64,000 nucleotides of DNA from Deltaproteobacteria bacterium (GTDB lineage Bacteria > Desulfobacterota > DSM-4660 > Desulfatiglandales > HGW-15): contig JAFGGA010000160.1 in assembly GCA_016930835.1 (NCBI GenBank), forward strand, positions 138-64,137. Direction: 5' to 3'. Below the pieces are notes generated by a model, which worked only from the letters and a program-made list of their open reading frames with translations, ran no database searches and had not been told where the DNA came from. Numbering within the stretch: position 1 is the first letter of the stretch; the number at the start of each line of letters is the position of its first letter. The position numbers and the translations under genes were made by a program. This document shows positions 59,798-64,000 of this stretch, in pieces.

Positions 59798-61332
59798 AAG
59801 TTTCAGGAAATCTCCCCACTCCTAAACAATTGAACAAGCTTCTCAAGAAAGGTGAAGGACAAAAGCTGGAATTCAAACGTTCCACAGCCGAGCTTCAAGG
59901 CTCCATGCAGTCTTTGTGTGCTTTCATGAATGCATCAGGAGGAATCGTAATCATTGGTGTTGGCCCGGATGGCCGACTTATCGGTCAGGACGTTTCCGAT
60001 TCCACCCAACAAAAAGTCGCCGCCGCATTGGCCCGTTTCGAGCCGCCTGCACCGGTTCAAATGGAAATCATTGACCTCGGGAAAGACAAGCAAGTCATCG
60101 TGCTAAGGGCAGAAGCCGGCAACGAGTCGGTTCCGTTCACTTTTGAAGGACGGGCATATGAGCGCTTGGGAACGACAACACGGAAAATGTCACAATCACG
60201 GTACGAACGACTGCTACTTGATCGTGGTCACGCGAAACGACGGTGGGAAAACCTGCCGGCCGAGGGATTAACGATAGAAGATCTCGATAGGGTGGAAATA
60301 CTACGGACTCGAGAACTGGCTATTCAACAGAACCGAATTTCACCGGATACCAGCCATGACATCGGCGACATCCTGGACCGGCTTGGACTTCGTGTGGATG
60401 GAAATCTCACACAAGCGGCACAGGTTCTCTATGGCACAAGACTTTTTCCGGACTATCCACAATGCCTTCTCAAAATGGGGCGTTTTCGGGGGACGACGAT
60501 AATTGGCGAGATCGTAGACAATCGACAGGAACACATGAACGCCTTTTCCATGGTGCGCGAGGGGATGGCCTTTCTGGAACGGACCATGCCCTTGGGAGCA
60601 AGATTCCCCGAGGGCAAGATATTTCGCGAAGATCGGTTTCCTGTTCCCCCCGATGCCCTGCGTGAGATTCTTCTTAACGCTGTTATGCATCGTGACTACT
60701 CGGACTATTCCGGGTATGTGGCCATCGTGGTCTTTGATGACCGGGTCGAGATACAAAGCCATGGCCTCCTTCCCCAGGGTGTGACGCTGGAGCAGCTTTC
60801 CGGTCCGCACCGGTCAAAACTCCGGAATCCACTCATCGCCGAAGCCTTTCACCGAACCGGTGCGGTGGAGGTCTGGGGCCGAGGAACTAACCGGGCAATT
60901 GCTGCATGTGAGCGGCATGGCGCGGCTATACCAACTTTCGAGGAGCGGCAGGGATTTCTTATAGTCACATTTAAGGCGACGATTGCCGAGGAGCAGGAAA
61001 AAATAGGCAAGCCCCCTGCAAGACCCGACCAAGTAACTGACCATGTTTCCCGACAAGTATCCGACAAGTACCCGACAAGTACCCGACAAGTCACCCTTCA
61101 AGACGCTTCCGTTTTGCAGGCTGCCATTAATCCAGCTTCACGATCCGACCTTCAACAAAGCTCAGGACTTCGAGATAGAGAGCATTTTATGAATTCGGTT
61201 TTAAAACCCCTTCTTCAAAGAGGCCTGTTGGAAATGACCATCCCGAATAAACCCCGGAGTAGTAAACAGAAATACAGGTTGACAGAAAAGGGCCGTCAGG
61301 TTCTGGAAAGCATCAAAGGGGATGCAAAATGA
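59794..61332 (+). CDS. AlbA_2 (Schlafen-type) domain + HATPase_c_4 + C-terminal winged-helix protein ('RecG-like putative DNA-binding' family)
   Basis: ATG 59794 overlaps the upstream stop (ATGA). The N-terminus is GEGQKLEFKRS...AFMNASGGIVIIGVGPDG. The central block is LREILLNAVMHRDYSDYSGYVAIVVFDDRVEIQSHGLLP...RNPLIAEAF...VEVWGRGTNR. The track start at 59614 is an out-of-frame overlap with the upstream gene. Confidence 0.85.
   Translation: MKVSGNLPTPKQLNKLLKKGEGQKLEFKRSTAELQGSMQSLCAFMNASGGIVIIGVGPDGRLIGQDVSDSTQQKVAAALARFEPPAPVQMEIIDLGKDKQVIVLRAEAGNESVPFTFEGRAYERLGTTTRKMSQSRYERLLLDRGHAKRRWENLPAEGLTIEDLDRVEILRTRELAIQQNRISPDTSHDIGDILDRLGLRVDGNLTQAAQVLYGTRLFPDYPQCLLKMGRFRGTTIIGEIVDNRQEHMNAFSMVREGMAFLERTMPLGARFPEGKIFREDRFPVPPDALREILLNAVMHRDYSDYSGYVAIVVFDDRVEIQSHGLLPQGVTLEQLSGPHRSKLRNPLIAEAFHRTGAVEVWGRGTNRAIAACERHGAAIPTFEERQGFLIVTFKATIAEEQEKIGKPPARPDQVTDHVSRQVSDKYPTSTRQVTLQDASVLQAAINPASRSDLQQSSGLRDREHFMNSVLKPLLQRGLLEMTIPNKPRSSKQKYRLTEKGRQVLESIKGDAK
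61050..61092 (+). repeat. 11-bp tandem repeat CCGACAAGTA(C/T), ~3.9 copies, inside the AlbA_2 gene
   Basis: The units are 61050-61060, 61061-71, 61072-82 and 61083-92, plus a degenerate copy CCGACCAAGTAA at ~61025. The unit length is not a multiple of 3. Confidence 0.9.
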
Positions 61333-61359
61333 CTATTCCAGTGACAGGACGCGGTTTAA

Positions 61360-61812
61360 GTGAATAAAATAAGCAACTTTAGTTTATACGGGATGGAGGT
61401 CTGGAGCCGCGGCACCAATCGCGTCATCGAGATGTGCCAGCAGCATGGTACGGTCCCGCCGGTCTTCGAGGAATGGCAGGGGTTCCTCGTTGTTACGTTC
61501 AAGGCGCAGATGGTTCCAGTTTTAGAACGGCCAGAGTCGCAGCCAGAGTCGCAGCCAGAGTCTTTGGACCGACGCGTGCTGGCATTACTCAAGTCTCAAG
61601 CGCTAGGCAAAGCAGAGATTTCCGAGCACCTCGGTCAGAAGGAAGTTTCGGGCCAGCTCAACAAGGTAATTCGCGGGCTCATGGGCAAAGGGCTGATCGA
61701 ATACACGCTGCCGGACAAACCCAACAGCCGGTTACAGAAATACCAACTGGCAAGCAAAGGACAAAGTCTCATTAAAATAGTGGAGAAAGAAGCAGGTGCA
61801 GATGAAGAGTAG
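61360..61812 (+). pseudogene. 3' remnant of a second AlbA_2/HATPase_c_4-family gene (only the last ~140 codons)
   Basis: MEVWSRGTNRVIEMCQQHGTVPPVFEEWQGFLVVTFKA aligns with VEVWGRGTNRAIAACERHGAAIPTFEERQGFLIVTFKA of the upstream gene. The C-terminal wHTH-like tail is also parallel (LEMTIPNKPRSSKQKYRLTEKG vs IEYTLPDKPNSRLQKYQLASKG). It has no N-terminal domains, and the ORF starts at a GTG. Confidence 0.7.
61531..61563 (+). repeat. 12-bp tandem repeat CCAGAGTCGCAG x ~2.7 (encodes PESQPESQPES)
   Basis: Direct reading of 61531-61563. It is in frame and sits at the position equivalent to the 11-bp repeat of the upstream paralogue. Confidence 0.9.
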
Positions 61813-61977
61813 AACGGAATCACAGATGGATGCTTTTTTAAACAGCTAAGCTGACTGATCTTAACTACTTAAGCTTCTTTATAAAGTGTTTTTGTGAAAT
61901 GTGTAGACATGACCCTGGGATTGCTTAAAGATTCGCGTGGAGCAGATCTTCAAGCTCATGAGCCCCCATACGGATGT

Positions 61978-62028
61978 GAGAACTATTTAAAGAGAACTAT
62001 TTAAAGAGAACCATTTAAAGAGAACCAT
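61978..62028 (+). repeat. 14-bp tandem repeat GAGAAC(T/C)ATTTAAA x ~3.6, abutting the DUF1016 start codon
   Basis: The units are 61978-91, 61992-62005 and 62006-19, with a partial unit at 62020-28. The ATG is at 62031. Confidence 0.9.
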
Positions 62029-62030
62029 CA

Positions 62031-62867
62031 ATGGACTCCAATGGAAACAAATTGATAGAAACAGAAGTGTCGAGACTTTTTGACCGGGTGGTTTTTATTC
62101 TGGAGCAGGCGCGAACCAATGTGGTTCGTTCGGTCAATTCAAATATGGTCATTGCCCATTGGTTGATCGGGCGGGAAATTGTTGAAGAGATTCAGGCCGG
62201 CGATGAGCGTGCGGAGTATGGGAAGAAAATCCTCGTTCGGCTTTCCGGTCAGTTAAACAAAAAATACAGCAGCGGATTTTCAGTTCCAAATCTTAGGAAT
62301 TTCAGACAGTTCTATCTCATTTATCAGGATCGTTTAATTCACTACCCGCCGGGTAGCGAATTGCAGAACGATCAAAAACATTACCCGGCAGGTAGCGAAT
62401 CTCATTTGCCGACAAAACAACACACAGCAGAGGACCCATTTAAAAGCGCTTTCAACCCTCAACTCAGCTGGTCGCATTATCGTGCCTTGATGCGGGTGAG
62501 CAATCCGGAAGCCCGCGATTTCTACGAGCAGGAAGCCGCGGAATGCGGCTGGACAAAAACGCAACTGGAACGGCAGATTCAGACCTCCTATTATGATCGC
62601 ATTTTAAGCAACAAGGGAAAACAAGGGCTATTGCCCGCCAATAGAGAGCGACTCCCCGGGGAGGCTGTTTCATCTGTTCAGATACTGAAATCCCCTTATG
62701 TTCTGGAATTTCTGGACCTCCCGGACAGTCCCGCGTTTCATGAGAGCGAACTGGAACAGGCCATTATCAGTAACCTGCAGTCCTTTTTACTGGAACTGAG
62801 TACAGGGGGACGTCCATGGAATTATTCCTTGATCGAATTTGATAGTGTGCCAGGCCTGAATGTTTAG
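62031..62867 (+). pseudogene. DUF1016 (YhcG-like) protein, N-terminal domain only; C-terminal PD-(D/E)xK nuclease domain missing
   Basis: VVRSVNSNMVIAHWLIGREIVEE...GFSVPNLRNFRQFYLIY...LSWSHYRALMRV are family blocks. After ISNLQSFLLEL (about nt 62799) the sequence becomes unrelated and stops 22 codons later, where family members normally continue with the nuclease core. Confidence 0.7.
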
Positions 62868-63435
62868 AGCACGGGGACATTTTAGAACCGGCTGATGGAA
62901 CAAGAAAGTTAGTCATAAGCTAAAAACGACCGGGATGATAATGGCCAGGATGCAGCCTGAAGATATTGAAGATTATGAGGAGGCACGGAAGGTGAGAAAA
63001 GGGTTTTCAGGTTTTTAAAGGAAGCTGCCAGGCCGCATCATTACTTAATTCAATCTTTTTCTAGTATCCCCATACCAACCCATTTCCCCTGCCACACCCT
63101 GCCAGAATTTGACTGGCCTCTTTGATTTTTCAACCAAAAACAAAATATCCTTGCCGTCATCTTTTTCAATGTAACGGAGTCGGTGAGATATGGCGCGAAA
63201 GACGAAAGACAAATCGAGAATCCCGGGTGTTGCTGTCGGCGAAGAGGTTTCTACCACCATCGGGGAGAAAAAGAAGGCCTGCTTCAACATCGGGGGAAAA
63301 TGGTTCGAGGATAATGCAAGGGCTAAAGGCGGAAGACGAGGCGGTTTTATATTACCAAGGGAAATTTTCCTTGCAGAATCAGGGTAATAAAGGTATATTT
63401 CCAAATGACTTTTGGGAAATATAAGGAAATAAAAA

Positions 63436-63666
63436 ATGCCAACCAATGTTCTTGACAATATCAAAGGCAGTGAGCTTCCCAAGGATTGGGCTGAAAAAAT
63501 CCAGGCAATACCCAACGAGAGTTACACTGTCACTATTCGACCACAACGAGAAAGCAAGTCCCTAAAACAGGTCATGTCTGAACTCAGCCGTAAAGCTCAG
63601 GCCCGCGGTCTGACTCCAGAAAAATTGGAAGAACTCCTCGGGGAAAAGATAACTCATATTCTCTAA
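63436..63666 (+). CDS. Putative antitoxin of the downstream PIN toxin
   Basis: 76-aa ORF whose stop overlaps the PIN gene start (TAATG). It is small and charged. I do not recognise the family. Confidence 0.5.
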   Translation: MPTNVLDNIKGSELPKDWAEKIQAIPNESYTVTIRPQRESKSLKQVMSELSRKAQARGLTPEKLEELLGEKITHIL

Positions 63667-64000
63667 TGGGTAATTTCTTGCGCTGTGTTTTCGACACCAA
63701 CGTGATTATCAGTGCCGCTCTTTTTGAGTACAGTAAACCGGCTCAAGCCCTTGAAAAGGTATTTGCTATTGGAGAGCTGCTGTTTTCAGAGGCCACAGAG
63801 AATGAATTAGAAGATACATTTTTTAGAAAAAAATTTGATCCCTATCTCACGGTTGAAGAAAGAACTGAATTTCTTCACTACTTTTTACAACAATCCGTCA
63901 AGATCCAGATAACCAGATCAGTATCAATTTGCCGCGACCCTAAAGATAACATGATTCTGGAACTGGCGGTTAGTGGCCAAGCAGATGTTATTGTAACAGG
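63666..64000 (+). CDS. PIN-domain toxin (partial, runs off the window)
   Basis: My own translation from ATG 63666 gives MGNFLRCVFDTNVIISAALFEYSKPAQALEKVF...CRDPKDNMILELAVSGQADVIVT. This has the acidic DTNV start and the D-x-x-L-ELA block typical of PIN-family TA toxins. The frame is open to the window end. Confidence 0.8.
   Translation, partial: MGNFLRCVFDTNVIISAALFEYSKPAQALEKVFAIGELLFSEATENELEDTFFRKKFDPYLTVEERTEFLHYFLQQSVKIQITRSVSICRDPKDNMILELAVSGQADVIVT

Noticed and set aside
61050-62028. Short tandem repeats (11, 12 and 14 bp) considered as a CRISPR array or minisatellite array.
   Set aside because: The units are directly adjacent with no spacers and are far shorter than CRISPR repeats. 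Two of the three lie inside coding sequence. No cas genes are present.
63045-63515. 156-aa minus-strand ORF (and the overlapping + strand ORFs 63122-63424 and 63190-63387) between the DUF1016 remnant and the TA pair.
   Set aside because: Its 5' part overlaps the antitoxin ORF and is low-complexity and hydrophobic. Only the last ~40 aa (HRLRYIEKDDGKDILFLVEKSK) look protein-like, faintly like the C-terminus of a RelE/ParE-type toxin. That is too weak to call; it may be a gene fragment.

Overview
This is a bacterial chromosomal window with Gram-negative-type envelope genes, probably from an anaerobe; I cannot assign a lineage by eye. It falls into four blocks.

(1) 6-34673 is a ~34-kb surface-glycan/LPS region, almost entirely on the + strand, with many 1-4 nt stop/start overlaps. 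It encodes an ABC exporter and the sialic-acid-like (nonulosonic) core genes neuB and neuC. It also has three cytidylyltransferase domains, a divergent DAHP-synthase-like aldolase and a DapA/NanA-like aldolase. Tailoring candidates are AroE-like, Gfo/Idh/MocA and 2-hydroxyacid dehydrogenases, a TPP enzyme, methyltransferases and an acetyltransferase. gmd and fcl are separated by a four-helix-bundle (rRNA-IVS-type) cassette. The block ends with GT2/GT4/GT9 glycosyltransferases, an O-antigen-ligase-like protein, an LptF/G permease, a WecA-like initiating transferase and an MsbA-like exporter.

(2) 34804-45599 is minus-strand housekeeping: yggU, yggT, RNase P RNA, a DUF164 zinc-ribbon gene, NIF3, tRNA-Met(CAT), rpoD, dnaG, mutS2, yqeY, hisA and hisB.

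(3) 46383-55613 holds a cysteine-free Crp/Fnr regulator and three transcription units: an RND efflux operon, a methyltransferase, and DUF1858-hcp. Each unit is preceded by the palindrome TTTGCGCCGGCGCAAA (two exact copies, one differing by two bases). This looks like a candidate HcpR-type nitrosative-stress regulon.

(4) 56357-64000 is a GC-richer accessory island following an AT-rich spacer. It contains an SNF2 helicase-DUF3883 nuclease gene broken by a single in-frame TAA, overlapping by ATGA an AlbA_2/HATPase_c_4 gene. Downstream are a 3' remnant of a paralogue, a truncated DUF1016 gene, short tandem repeats, and a PIN toxin-antitoxin pair that runs off the window.

The best candidates for something undescribed are (a) the three aldolase + cytidylyltransferase pairings in the glycan operon, which suggest more than one CMP-activated ulosonic acid, (b) the helicase-nuclease + AlbA_2 two-gene module as a possible, currently inactivated, defence system, and (c) the palindrome-defined regulon.

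All functional calls rest on motif recognition by eye; no searches or computations were run.
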